From the NCBI GenBank assembly GCA_034521955.1, contig JAXHLT010000004.1:71511-135510 (forward strand): a stretch of 64,000 nt of DNA, read 5' to 3'. The stretch is from Halanaerobiales bacterium. Its GTDB lineage: Bacteria; Bacillota; Halanaerobiia; Halanaerobiales; M55B127. This document shows positions 22,119 through 31,939 of the stretch, piece by piece; the first letter of the stretch is position 1, and each line of letters opens with the position of its first letter. The notes beneath the pieces were generated by a model. That model saw nothing but the letters and a program-made list of their open reading frames with translations, did not search any database and was not told where the DNA came from. A program made the position numbers and the translations under genes.

Positions 22119-22161
22119 GAAAAAGTGAGTGCAGTTTAACTACCTTGCACTCACTTTTTTA
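22119..22161. terminator. Bidirectional terminator overlapping the cysE 3' end
   Basis: AAAAAGTGAGTGCA...TGCACTCACTTTTT. Confidence 0.75.
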
Positions 22162-22700
22162 TATTTATCTTCTTTAACAATTCTAATCTTTTTATTAACT
22201 TCAGCTGGAATACCGATAACAGTAGTATTTTCCTTGACATCATCTAATACAACTGCATTAGCACCAATTTTTGCTCCATCATTTACTGTAATTGGACCAA
22301 GCACTTTTGAACCAGCACCAATTAAGACATGATTTTTTATAGTAGGATGCCTTTTGAATTTTTTTTCTTTACCAGTAGCTCCGAGTGTTACTCCGTGGTA
22401 AATCACTACATCCTCACCTATTTCAGTGGTTTCTCCAATTACAACTCCGTGTCCGTGATCTATAAACACTTTATTACTCAACTTTGCTCCTGGATGTATT
22501 TCAATTCCGGTTAAAAACCTACCAATCTGTGAAATCATACGAGCAATAAAGTACATCTTTTTATTATATAGTTTATGTGCAACTTTATATAAGATCTGGG
22601 CATGAACAGAAGGATATAAAAATAGTACTTCTGCAAATGACTTAGCAGCCGGATCTTTTTTTATTGTATAGTTAACAATTGTTTTAATATATTTAATCAT
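22140..22700 (-). CDS. cysE: Serine O-acetyltransferase
   Basis: [27 protein letters not shown] motifs. Confidence 0.96.
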   Translation of the reverse strand: MIKYIKTIVNYTIKKDPAAKSFAEVLFLYPSVHAQILYKVAHKLYNKKMYFIARMISQIGRFLTGIEIHPGAKLSNKVFIDHGHGVVIGETTEIGEDVVIYHGVTLGATGKEKKFKRHPTIKNHVLIGAGSKVLGPITVNDGAKIGANAVVLDDVKENTTVIGIPAEVNKKIRIVKEDKYKKVSAR

Positions 22701-22714
22701 CTTGAACCTCCTTT

Positions 22715-23614
22715 TTAATAATCGACGATTGAGAGATACTTCCAACCGCTGTCAGGTGAAACAGTAACAATCTTTTTGTTTTTATATTTTCTAGCTGCTT
22801 TTACTGCTGCAGCTACATTTGCACCACTTGAGATACCAGTGAATAGCCCTTCTTTTTTTACTAATTCTTTAGTATAATCATAAGCTTCTTCATTTTTAAC
22901 AGTTATTATTTCATCAAGCACTGAAGTATCCATAATTGCTGGTATAAAGCCTGCTCCAATACCCTGAATTTTATGTGAACCTGGTTTTTGTCCAGAAAGT
23001 ACAGCAGAGTTTGAAGGCTCAACAGCAATTATTTTAATATCTTTATTGTATTCCTTTAATTTCTTGCCAACACCGGTAATCGTACCACCTGTGCCAACTC
23101 CTGCAACAAAAATATCTATATCAGATAACTGTTCAATAATTTCAGGACCAGTGTTTTCATAATGAGATAAAACATTTCCTTTATTTTTAAATTGATCAAG
23201 CATTACGTAATCATTTTCTTTGCTTAGTTTTTTAGCTAGTTCAATTGAACCATTCATTCCTTTGTTACCATCAGTTAAGATGATTTCTGCTCCATACATC
23301 TTCATTATCTTTCTTCTTTCCTTAGACATTGTGTCAGGCATAACAAGTATTGATTTATAGCCTTTAAGTTTGCTGATTAGGGCAATTGCAATCCCTGTGT
23401 TACCACTGGTAGGTTCTATTACAGTACTGTTTTCTTTTAGGTGACCTGCTTCTTCAGCTAGTTCAAACATTTTTTTAACAGGTCTATCTTTAATTGATCC
23501 ACCGGGATTGTTCCCTTCCAGTTTTACAAAAATATCAGATCTTAAGCCTTTTGTCAATTTATTTAGTTTTACCATCTTTGTATTACCGATTAATTCTATA
23601 ACATTGTTTAACAT
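22715..23614 (-). CDS. cysK: Cysteine synthase A
   Basis: [29 protein letters not shown] motifs. Confidence 0.97.
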   Translation of the reverse strand: MLNNVIELIGNTKMVKLNKLTKGLRSDIFVKLEGNNPGGSIKDRPVKKMFELAEEAGHLKENSTVIEPTSGNTGIAIALISKLKGYKSILVMPDTMSKERRKIMKMYGAEIILTDGNKGMNGSIELAKKLSKENDYVMLDQFKNKGNVLSHYENTGPEIIEQLSDIDIFVAGVGTGGTITGVGKKLKEYNKDIKIIAVEPSNSAVLSGQKPGSHKIQGIGAGFIPAIMDTSVLDEIITVKNEEAYDYTKELVKKEGLFTGISSGANVAAAVKAARKYKNKKIVTVSPDSGWKYLSIVDY

Positions 23615-23639
23615 TATAATTGATTCCTCCTCAAAAAAA

Positions 23640-23885
23640 TATAAAAAACCGCCCTTATATAATATAAAGGCGGTTTAAACTCGCGGTTCCACTTTAATTT
23701 TTACTTATTTTTAGGTACTGTCATACCCTAATCACTATAACGGGTGATAATCCGGTGTAGACCTACTTAGTTCGGCACACAGCTCCAAAGGGCACTTCCC
23801 AAATAAAAGAAATTCAGAAACTCTCAGCCTGGGTTTCCTCTCTGTAAAACTTCCTTTAAGGTACTTTCCTTTTTCCAAGCTTTTT
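23640..23885 (-). promoter_or_regulatory. Cys-specific T-box riboswitch leader of cysK-cysE
   Basis: Minus strand: stem-I AGAGA and GCTGAG motifs, specifier GAAG-UGC (Cys, 23792-23794), T-box AAAGTGGAACCGCG, terminator AAACCGCC...GGCGGTTTTT. Confidence 0.92.
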
Positions 23886-23906
23886 AATTATGTTGATTTA
23901 TTCATA

Positions 23907-23935
23907 AGTATAGTATAGTTGAGCAAGCTTGTCAA
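23907..23935 (-). promoter_or_regulatory. SigA promoter of the T-box leader
   Basis: TTGACA-17 nt-TATACT on the minus strand. Confidence 0.85.
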
Positions 23936-23969
23936 GTTATACAATATATTCTGAAAATTTATACATTAA

Positions 23970-24883
23970 AGGTAATTTCATATAAATGAGCCTTGAATTG
24001 ACAGTATTAATAACAATATAAAAAAGACTTTACCCCATTTTTGTTGAATATAGTTAATAGGAAAAAACAAAAATACTCACAAAAAAGAGGTGAAACCTAT
24101 TAATAACTATATTCAACAACTGGGGTAGTAAACTTGATTAGCACCATAATAAGTTAACCTGGTTTGGCTGGAAAGTCCATCTGGCAGTAGATACTACAAG
24201 TGAACTACCGCTTGCAATCTCTATAACACCAGCCAATAAAAGCGATGGCGATAAGGCTTTACCCCTAGTACAAAAAGTCAGCCGGCTATTATGATTACAA
24301 AAAAACTTCTGTCTGCAGTGCTGGTCACAAGATGGTCTACTGGGGTCATTACAATGGAGATAACAAATTTAGATGTCCGCATGTCTGTGGCAAAGTAGAC
24401 TGCGTACATGGATCTGCCTGGTGTTTAAGATTCAAATTATGGTTCTGTTACTAAAACAAGGCCTAAACAGGATCCACGCTATAGTTCGATTCCCCATTGT
24501 GGATCAAGTAATTGGGAGAACATTTATGACGAAAGAACCAGTGTTGAAAGGACCTTTTCTAGGTTAAAAGAAAATCTTGGCTTGAAAAATATAAGGGTTA
24601 AAGGAAAAAAGAAAGTCATGACCCATATATTGTTAAGCAGCATTAGTTTGATTGCTGCCAAGATATCAACAGTAAAAGTTAATAATCAGCAACAAGAACA
24701 AGCTGCCTAGATTTAGATATTTTGAAAGATATTATCTACTTACCCAGGATATCTATACCTAATTGGTCTGGAATATATTGTAAATTAGCAGTTTGAACTA
24801 AATTTACTTATGTTCAAGGAAAAATCAACTTGACCGATTCAAAAATTTTTTAAGAACTAAATAAGGCAATTATGAAAGAGCCT
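23970..24883 (+). mobile_element. Internally deleted IS remnant (DDE transposase, IS5/IS1182-like); ends approximate
   Basis: Fragments WFGWKVHLAVDTTSELPLAISITPANKSDG and YDERTSVERTFSRLKENLGL...QEQAA* (stop 24710), with stops, frameshifts and no N-terminus. Confidence 0.75.
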
Positions 24884-25067
24884 TATAGTAATAAAGAAAT
24901 ACTTTTTTTAAAAATTTCCACGTAGAATAAAGTAATATTATGAATATTATGTATAAAAATAGATGTATTTTGCAATTTATGATATACTACTAACATAATT
25001 TGCTGATTAAACACATTAGAATATGTCCCCAAATGAAAAGAAAATCTTTTGGACTGGGGTGAACTCA

Positions 25068-25752
25068 ATGAGTAAAAAATTATTTTATGTATGGACAGTT
25101 GCAGCATTATTTTTATTATTCTACCAATCACAACTATTTGGAACAGATACTCCATTATATACTATCATTTGGCTTATCTTTAACATTTCTTGTGGTTTTA
25201 TTATCAAGTGATTCTAAGTATGCTGGTTTTACAAAGGTGAAATTCAGTGAATTTCTTTTAGTGTTTTTTTTAAACCTTATCTTTTTGGCTGCAATATTTG
25301 TTGTTTTAGAACCGCTTTCCGGAACATTTAGGCTTGTAATTGATAAAACAATTAGAAGTCCATTAATTGATCCTGCTTATTATTGGATAACAAGATATGA
25401 GGGATGGAAAGGGGTTGGAGGGTTCTTTTTAACAAACTTTATTATATTAATCTTTGCAGAAGAAATATTTTTTAGGGGATTTTTAATTCAATACATATCT
25501 CTAAAAATGAATAAGTTTTGGGGAGTATTGATTCAGGCCTTTATCTTTTTATTTTTTATTGTAATTTTAAATTTTAACTTACCACCAGTAGAAAATTATA
25601 TATTTCTTGTTGGATATTCATTTTTTGGCCGAGGAATAATCGGAGGTTGGGCTGCAGCTCGAACAGATAGTATCTGGCCGTCCTTATTTGCAGTTACAAT
25701 TGTTAATACCTTGATTATTGTATTTTATTTTTACTATCCATTTATATTATAA
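25068..25752 (+). CDS. CPBP (CAAX/Abi-family) intramembrane metalloprotease, frameshift near 25135
   Basis: FAEEIFFRG motif; multi-TM; the N-terminus MSKKLFYVW lies in another frame. Confidence 0.75.
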
Positions 25753-25849
25753 AATCTAAATACTTAGTTAATAGACTGCTCAAATTAAGCAGTCTTTTTC
25801 TTTTTAATAAAGGATTTCTAATATAATATAATAATATATACATTAGGAT

Positions 25850-26608
25850 GTGATAGATATGGATGATATTATATACTCCCTTGGTTGGGATGTCGGGGGC
25901 TGGATGGGTAAAAATAATAGTTTTGTTTTAATAAAAGCAGTAAATAATAGTATTGATAAGTGGTTCTATTTAGAAAACAACTTTCAAATCAAGGAGAATA
26001 ATCTTTTTGAGCTTGAAGAAGTAATATATGAATTAACAGATGATTATTATAAAAAAGAGATGAACTTAGTAGTTGGTATTGATGCCCCCTTAACTTTTCC
26101 AAAGGATTTTATTACATTTTTAAAAAATGAAAAAGAATATATCAAAAAACCAAAGTTAGAGATATATAATAATCTTGCCTATAGAGATACTGACCGCTAT
26201 ATATATGAAAAGTACAACAAAAAGCCGCTTTCAGCATCCTTTGATAGATTAGGAAATAATGCGACAGTTGCGATGAGTCACCTTAGATACTGGAGTAAGG
26301 AATATGATATTAATCAAGAGATTAGATTTAAAAAAGATAAGATAAATGTAATAGAAACCTATCCTGCTTTAGTAAAACCCGGTAAGTATAAAAAAGCATT
26401 TTCAAAAATAGATAAGATAATACCAGATGGTATTAAACATGGTACAGACACCTATGATGCAGCTTTATGTGCATTAATGGCCATACAGTTTGGATATAGA
26501 AATCGTTTTAAGGGTCTGCCTACTTTAGTATATCCACCAAAAAATAATAGTATTTATGAAAAAGAAGGTTGGATTTATCATTTTGATTTAGACCAAATTA
26601 AACAATAG
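25850..26608 (+). CDS. DUF429-family predicted nuclease (RNase H-like fold)
   Basis: LGWDVGG, VGIDAPL.FP, R.TD, ETYPA, DAALCA, EGWI motifs. Confidence 0.8.
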   Translation: MIDMDDIIYSLGWDVGGWMGKNNSFVLIKAVNNSIDKWFYLENNFQIKENNLFELEEVIYELTDDYYKKEMNLVVGIDAPLTFPKDFITFLKNEKEYIKKPKLEIYNNLAYRDTDRYIYEKYNKKPLSASFDRLGNNATVAMSHLRYWSKEYDINQEIRFKKDKINVIETYPALVKPGKYKKAFSKIDKIIPDGIKHGTDTYDAALCALMAIQFGYRNRFKGLPTLVYPPKNNSIYEKEGWIYHFDLDQIKQ

Positions 26609-26619
26609 GAGTTGATTAA

Positions 26620-26988
26620 ATGTTTAGAATTGCATTAATTGCTCATGATGAGAAAAAAGATGATATGGTTGATTTTGTAAAAAATCATCTTGAACTGCTT
26701 AAGAACTGTAACTTAATAGCAACTGGTACAACAGGTAAAATAATTAACCAAAAAACAAAGTTAAAGGTCAAAAGAATGGCCTCTGGACCATTAGGAGGAG
26801 ATCAAATGATTGGTGCTGAAGTTGCTAAGAATAATTTAGACTGTATCATCTTTTTAAGAGATCCTTTAACATCACATCCCCATGAACCTGATATTACAGG
26901 GCTGCTTAGAGTATGTGATGTCCATAATGTACCTCTGGCAACTAATCTAAAAACAGCTGATTTAGTTTTAGAAGGATTATTGGAATAA
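26620..26988 (+). CDS. mgsA: Methylglyoxal synthase
   Basis: [26 protein letters not shown] motifs. Confidence 0.97.
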   Translation: MFRIALIAHDEKKDDMVDFVKNHLELLKNCNLIATGTTGKIINQKTKLKVKRMASGPLGGDQMIGAEVAKNNLDCIIFLRDPLTSHPHEPDITGLLRVCDVHNVPLATNLKTADLVLEGLLE

Positions 26989-27002
26989 AAAGAATATTGA
27001 GA

Positions 27003-27350
27003 TTAAAGTCCTTGAGCGATTAGGTTACCAAGAGTAAAAAATACTAATCCTAAAAATAAGTTAAAGAATAAAATCCTGGCTGCTTTGGTATACAACCGAT
27101 TAGAAAACTTATTAATCATCAGATAGTCAAAAAGTGAAAAAGAGATAAAAGATGATAAGATAATATTTTCAAAGAGAGATTGATTTGAAAATAGGTTTGA
27201 ATAATAAACTAAAATAAACCCTAAAATAAAAGTTCCTATTCCATTTAAAAGATGGTGATAGGTTCTTTTTTTATTTTTAATCAGTTTAGACAGTATGTAT
27301 CTTATTAAACCACCAATTAATCCACCTAGAATTATAAAGAAGTAATTCAT
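27003..27350 (-). CDS. crcB: Fluoride channel Fluc/CrcB-like protein (divergent)
   Basis: GGLIGGLIRY and LNGIGTFILG motifs; 4 TM helices. Confidence 0.7.
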   Translation of the reverse strand: MNYFFIILGGLIGGLIRYILSKLIKNKKRTYHHLLNGIGTFILGFILVYYSNLFSNQSLFENIILSSFISFSLFDYLMINKFSNRLYTKAARILFFNLFLGLVFFTLGNLIAQGL

Positions 27351-27459
27351 CTTGAAGCCTCCTTGAAATTAATTAACTCTCCAATACTTCTAATATATTA
27401 TAATACCTTTGATTTACTTATGCAAATCTTCATCGAGTATGTTACGGCTTGATTGCCAT

Positions 27460-27487
27460 TGTTAACTAAATGTTAACGTCTTGTTAA
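27460..27487. promoter_or_regulatory. Putative Pho box (PhoP-type direct repeats)
   Basis: TGTTAA (TTAACA on the minus strand) three times at exact 11-bp spacing (27460, 27471, 27482), upstream of pstS. Confidence 0.65.
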
Positions 27488-27586
27488 AACAGTCCAAACC
27501 CCATTGACTTAAGCACTATATAGGATTATGATTAATTTGTAAGATAATAAAAGAAAAAAATATTTTAAATCTTGAGGAGGATTTTA

Positions 27587-28492
27587 ATGAAAAAAATTAG
27601 TGTTTTAATGTTGGTGGCTTTAATCGGACTTGTATCTTTTTCAATGGTAGGTTCTGCACAAGACTTAGAGGGATCAGTAAAAATTGATGGTTCAAGTACA
27701 GTTTATCCAGTAACTCAAGCAATGGCTGAAGAGTTTTCATATGTTAATTCTAAAGTTAGAGTTCCTGTAGGTATTTCCGGTACAGGTGGAGGAATGGAAA
27801 AATTTGCTATTGGTGAAACTGATATCAGTAATGCATCACGTGAAATAAAAGATTCTGAGGCAGCAAAGGCTAAAGAAAATGGTATAGAATTCACAAAATT
27901 TACAGTAGCCTATGATGGAATAACAGTTGTAGTTAATCCAGAGAATGACTGGGCAAATGATATAACAGTTGAAGAACTACAGAAAATCTGGGAACCAGGT
28001 AGTTCTGTAGAAACCTGGAGTGATGTAAGACCAGAATGGCCAAATGAAGAAATAGAACTTTACGGCCCTGGTGCTGACTCAGGTACTTTTGATTACTTCA
28101 CAGGTGCAATTGTAGGTAATGAAAGTGAAAGTAGAGCTGACTATACAGCTAGTGAAGATGATAATGTATTAGTACAGGGTGTATCCGGTAGTAAGTATGC
28201 TTTAGGATACTTCGGATATGCTTACTTTGAAGAAAACCAAAATAAGCTTAAAGCTCTAGCGATAAATGGTGTAAAACCAAATCCTGAAAATATTGAAACT
28301 AATAAATACACACCACTATCTAGACCATTATTCATCTATGTAAACAATGCAAGTGTTAAAAGACCAGAAGTAGAAGCTTTCTTAAACTTCTATTTTGAAA
28401 ATGCTAGAGAGTTAGTCCCAATGGTTGGATATGTTGCATTAACATCATATGAAGATCAATTAGATAAGGTTAAAGAATTAGCAAATAATTAA
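27587..28492 (+). CDS. pstS: Phosphate ABC transporter substrate-binding protein
   Basis: IDGSSTVYP, SGTGGG, DSGTFDYF, YTPLSRPLFIY motifs. Confidence 0.95.
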   Translation: MKKISVLMLVALIGLVSFSMVGSAQDLEGSVKIDGSSTVYPVTQAMAEEFSYVNSKVRVPVGISGTGGGMEKFAIGETDISNASREIKDSEAAKAKENGIEFTKFTVAYDGITVVVNPENDWANDITVEELQKIWEPGSSVETWSDVRPEWPNEEIELYGPGADSGTFDYFTGAIVGNESESRADYTASEDDNVLVQGVSGSKYALGYFGYAYFEENQNKLKALAINGVKPNPENIETNKYTPLSRPLFIYVNNASVKRPEVEAFLNFYFENARELVPMVGYVALTSYEDQLDKVKELANN

Positions 28493-28609
28493 AAAGAAAT
28501 ATACAGGCAAATAAATACCCCTAATATTTGTTTTATACCCGAGGAGCGCCTATTAATAGGCTCTCCTCACACCTGTTTATATAAATTCAATAGAAAGGAT
28601 GCTTAATAT

Positions 28610-29586
28610 ATGTCAGAGAAAAATATCCAAAAAAAGAAAAATCCTCCTTTATAGATAAATTAACAAATAAACTGTTTGATCCTAAGATTAGATATATGAG
28701 TTCTGGTAAAAATAGAAATAGATGGGTACAGTATATATTAATACTTGCAGCATTAATTACTATAATAACTACTTTTGGAATAGTATATATACTTGTAAGT
28801 GATTCAGTAATGTTTTTTAAAGAAATTTCAGTTACAGATTTCTTGTTTGGTAAAGTGTGGAATCCTTTAATTGAACCAAATAAATCATATGGAGTTTTAC
28901 CTTTAGTAATGGGTACATTATACATTACCTTTGGTGCTGCTATAATTGCTTTACCATTAGGATTAGGAAGTGCAATCTATTTAACTGAATATGCATCACC
29001 TAGGTTTAGAAAAATAGTTAAGCCTATATTAGAAATATTGGCTGGTGTCCCAACCGTAGTTTATGGATACTTTGCTTTAACATTTATTACACCGAATATA
29101 ATAAAACCACTGTTTCCTCAAGCGGGCACATTTAATGCCTTAAGTGCTAGTATAGCAGTAGGTATTATGATTTTACCAATGGTTGTATCTTTAAGTGAAG
29201 ATGCTTTAAGTGCAGTACCTTCTCAGATAAGAGAAGGGGCTTACGGACTAGGTTCAACCAGGTTTGAAGTTGCTACAAGAGTAATGCTGCCGGCCTCACT
29301 TTCCGGTATCTTATCTTCATTTATTCTGGCAATTTCAAGAGCAATTGGTGAAACAATGATCGTGGCTATTGCAGCAGGTATGCGACCACAACTAACAAGT
29401 AGTTTTTTAAAGCCTATTCAAACTATGACAAGTTATATTGTACAGGTTAGCTTAGGTGATACACCGGTTGGATCCCTGGACTATTATACGATCTTTGCAG
29501 TAGGTTTATTATTATTTTTAATAACACTATCTTTAAATTTAGTCAGTCACATTATACTTCGCAAGTACAGAGAGGTGTATGAATAA
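28610..29586 (+). CDS. pstC: Phosphate ABC transporter permease PstC (likely true start 28610, with a frameshift in the A7 run at ~28630; intact ORF from 28696)
   Basis: [23 protein letters not shown] motifs; RBS GAAAGGA before ATG 28610. Confidence 0.93.
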
Positions 29587-30437
29587 TGAATAGGTTAAAA
29601 AGAAGAAAAATGTTGGATAAGATTTTTAAATATATATTTTTAGGATTTATCTTTTTGGGAATATTAGTTTTGTTTGTTTTATTATTTGATGTCTTTAGAG
29701 ATGGTTTTAAAATGATGGACTGGGAATTTTTCACAAGATTTGATTCAAGATTTCCTGAAAGAGCAGGAATTAAAGCCGGATTATTTGGAACAATTTATGT
29801 AATAGGACTTATGATCCCGATTACTTTTGTGGTAGGGACAGCTACTGCAATTTACTTAGAAGAGTATGCACCTATAAACTGGCTAACAGAAACAATTAGA
29901 TTAAATGTTGCAAATTTAGCAGGTGTGCCTTCAATAATATACGGTATGTTAGGATTAGGTATATTAGTTAGGACACTTGCCTTAGGTAGAAGTGTACTTG
30001 CTGGTGCATTAACCTTAAGTTTACTTGTTCTTCCAGTTGTTATAGTGTCCGCTCAGGAAGCTTTAAAAAGTGTCCCTTCTTCATTAAGAAGAGCATCTTA
30101 TGCAATGGGAGCTAATCACTGGCAGACAGTTTCAAAGGTAGTATTACCAGCTGCTTTACCTTCTATAATTACAGGCTTTATTCTTGCAATCTCAAGAGCA
30201 ATCGGTGAAACAGCTCCTTTAATTATGATGGGAGCCTTAACATTTGTAATGTTTATACCACAGGGAATTATGGATAGTTTTACTGTTATGCCGATTCAGA
30301 TCTTTAACTGGACTTCATTACCAAAAACAGAATATCACTATGTAGCAGCAGCAGGTAGTACAGTGTTGTTGATTATGCTCTTTATCTTAAATGGAATAGC
30401 TACTTTTATTAGATATAAGTATGAAGTGAAATATTAA
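29586..30437 (+). CDS. pstA: Phosphate ABC transporter permease PstA
   Basis: NLAGVPSIIYG, SRAIGETAPL motifs. Confidence 0.95.
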   Translation: MNRLKRRKMLDKIFKYIFLGFIFLGILVLFVLLFDVFRDGFKMMDWEFFTRFDSRFPERAGIKAGLFGTIYVIGLMIPITFVVGTATAIYLEEYAPINWLTETIRLNVANLAGVPSIIYGMLGLGILVRTLALGRSVLAGALTLSLLVLPVVIVSAQEALKSVPSSLRRASYAMGANHWQTVSKVVLPAALPSIITGFILAISRAIGETAPLIMMGALTFVMFIPQGIMDSFTVMPIQIFNWTSLPKTEYHYVAAAGSTVLLIMLFILNGIATFIRYKYEVKY

Positions 30438-30466
30438 AAGATATTATAATTAAATATAATCACTTT

Positions 30467-30490
30467 AAAGCCCTTAACCGGGCTTTTTTT
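30467..30490 (+). terminator. Intrinsic terminator after pstA
   Basis: AAAGCCC-ttaacc-GGGCTTT followed by a T run. Confidence 0.8.
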
Positions 30491-30608
30491 ATTTGCCATA
30501 AATAATACACCAAAGGAAAAATTTGTAAAATAAAATATATTATGGTATAATATTCCATATAAAGAAATATATATAATTTATAATCAAATTTAACGGGAGG
30601 GAATATAT

Positions 30609-31100
30609 TTGTTTAAAAAATTAAAAATCTATTTGCTAGTATTCTTAATTTTATTTTTTCCAATTATCAATAATAATGTGAAAGCAAATTCTGCTTCACA
30701 GGATGTCATTATTTCGGTTAATGCTTTAAACGAGATTACTCTTTCAAAGTCAGAAGTTAGCCTTGCGGTTACATCACCTACTGAAAGTAGCGTAACCGAG
30801 GAAGTGAGTGATGCAAGCACTACAATGAGTTATTCGACAAATGAAAGTAATCAAAAAATTACTGCAGAACTAGATCGAGGTATGCCATTAGGTATTACTT
30901 TAATGGTTGAGGTAGCAAGTACTAGTGGTACTTCAGAAGGGCAAGTTGTTTTAGAGGAGTTTCCTGAGGATATCATAACTGGATTGAGTAATATTTCTGA
31001 AAGTGGACAAACTGTTACATATACTGTTGCTGCTGATATGTTTGCAGAACCAACTCCTGGTGTTACTTATACTATAACTTATACAATAACAAGTATGTAA
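30609..31100 (+). CDS. Secreted all-beta protein, putative fimbrial/pilin subunit
   Basis: Signal peptide ending VKA; Ser/Thr-rich and acidic; C-terminal alternating strand VTYTITYTITS. Confidence 0.6.
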   Translation: MFKKLKIYLLVFLILFFPIINNNVKANSASQDVIISVNALNEITLSKSEVSLAVTSPTESSVTEEVSDASTTMSYSTNESNQKITAELDRGMPLGITLMVEVASTSGTSEGQVVLEEFPEDIITGLSNISESGQTVTYTVAADMFAEPTPGVTYTITYTITSM

Positions 31101-31123
31101 AAAATATTTTGCGGAGGATAAAT

Positions 31124-31939
31124 ATGTTAAAAAAAATTACTATAATAACTCTTTTAGTATTAATTGTTTGTAGTGTGAATCTTAAAGCTCAGATAATAAT
31201 AAAATCAAAATTAGCTCAAGATTATCAGTTACAAGAGGGTGTTACTAGAGAAGGAAAAATTGTTATTAAAAATACATCAAAACAAAAAACAGTTGTTAAG
31301 TTATATAAAAGGGACTATAGTTTTAATGCTAATGGGAATAATTATTATAGAAAACCCGGTTCAAATCAAAGATCAAATGCAGAATGGATCTTTTTGGATA
31401 AAAATATGATTACACTATTACCTTTTGAAGAAAAGACAGTAAATTATTTAATTAAAGTTCCTGACAAAAAGAAATATTTTGGTACATATTGGAGCATGAT
31501 TATGGTAGAAAAAGATAGAATAAGCTCTGTTGCTGATAAGAATAATTTAGACCAAAGTATTGGTTTTAAACAAAGTATCAGATATGGGATACAGATCATA
31601 ACTAACTTTTCTACAAATAAAAAACTTAATTTAGAATATAAAAATGTTAAAATCAAAAAACAGGATAGTAATACATATAATTTTGAATTAGCAGTTTTAA
31701 ATAAGGATAATTATTTATTAGATAGTAATACTAGACTAATTTTAATTAATAGAAATAATGGGAATGTCATAAATGAATTTGTTTCCCCAAAAAGAAAGCT
31801 TTATCCTAATACTTCTATCAAAGTAAGAAAAGATTTTAATTTAAAGGATAATATATCTTATAAAATTGTAGCTATAACTGGAAACAACAATTCAGGATAT
31901 CATGGTAGAGAATATATAGTAGAGGTGGATAGAAATTAA
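31124..31939 (+). CDS. Secreted two-Ig-domain protein, putative pilus chaperone (PapD/DUF916-like)
   Basis: Signal peptide; IVIKNTS, RSNAEWI, IKVP...GTYWSMIMVE, RYGIQI motifs. Confidence 0.55.
   Translation: MLKKITIITLLVLIVCSVNLKAQIIIKSKLAQDYQLQEGVTREGKIVIKNTSKQKTVVKLYKRDYSFNANGNNYYRKPGSNQRSNAEWIFLDKNMITLLPFEEKTVNYLIKVPDKKKYFGTYWSMIMVEKDRISSVADKNNLDQSIGFKQSIRYGIQIITNFSTNKKLNLEYKNVKIKKQDSNTYNFELAVLNKDNYLLDSNTRLILINRNNGNVINEFVSPKRKLYPNTSIKVRKDFNLKDNISYKIVAITGNNNSGYHGREYIVEVDRN

Noticed and set aside
24325-24345. GATGGTCTAC match to the tRNA-Lys 3' end as an att site
   Set aside because: Only 10 bp, inside transposase coding remnant and upstream of the tRNA; likely chance.
27351-27460. Fluoride riboswitch upstream of crcB
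   Set aside because: No GGxGAUGG...GCUxAUGA consensus or pseudoknot recognisable on the minus strand.
20455-28640. Phase variation or programmed frameshifting at the A/T runs in the EAL gene and pstC
   Set aside because: The runs are only 6-8 nt in an AT-rich genome, and similar indels are scattered through the window; sequencing error is more parsimonious.
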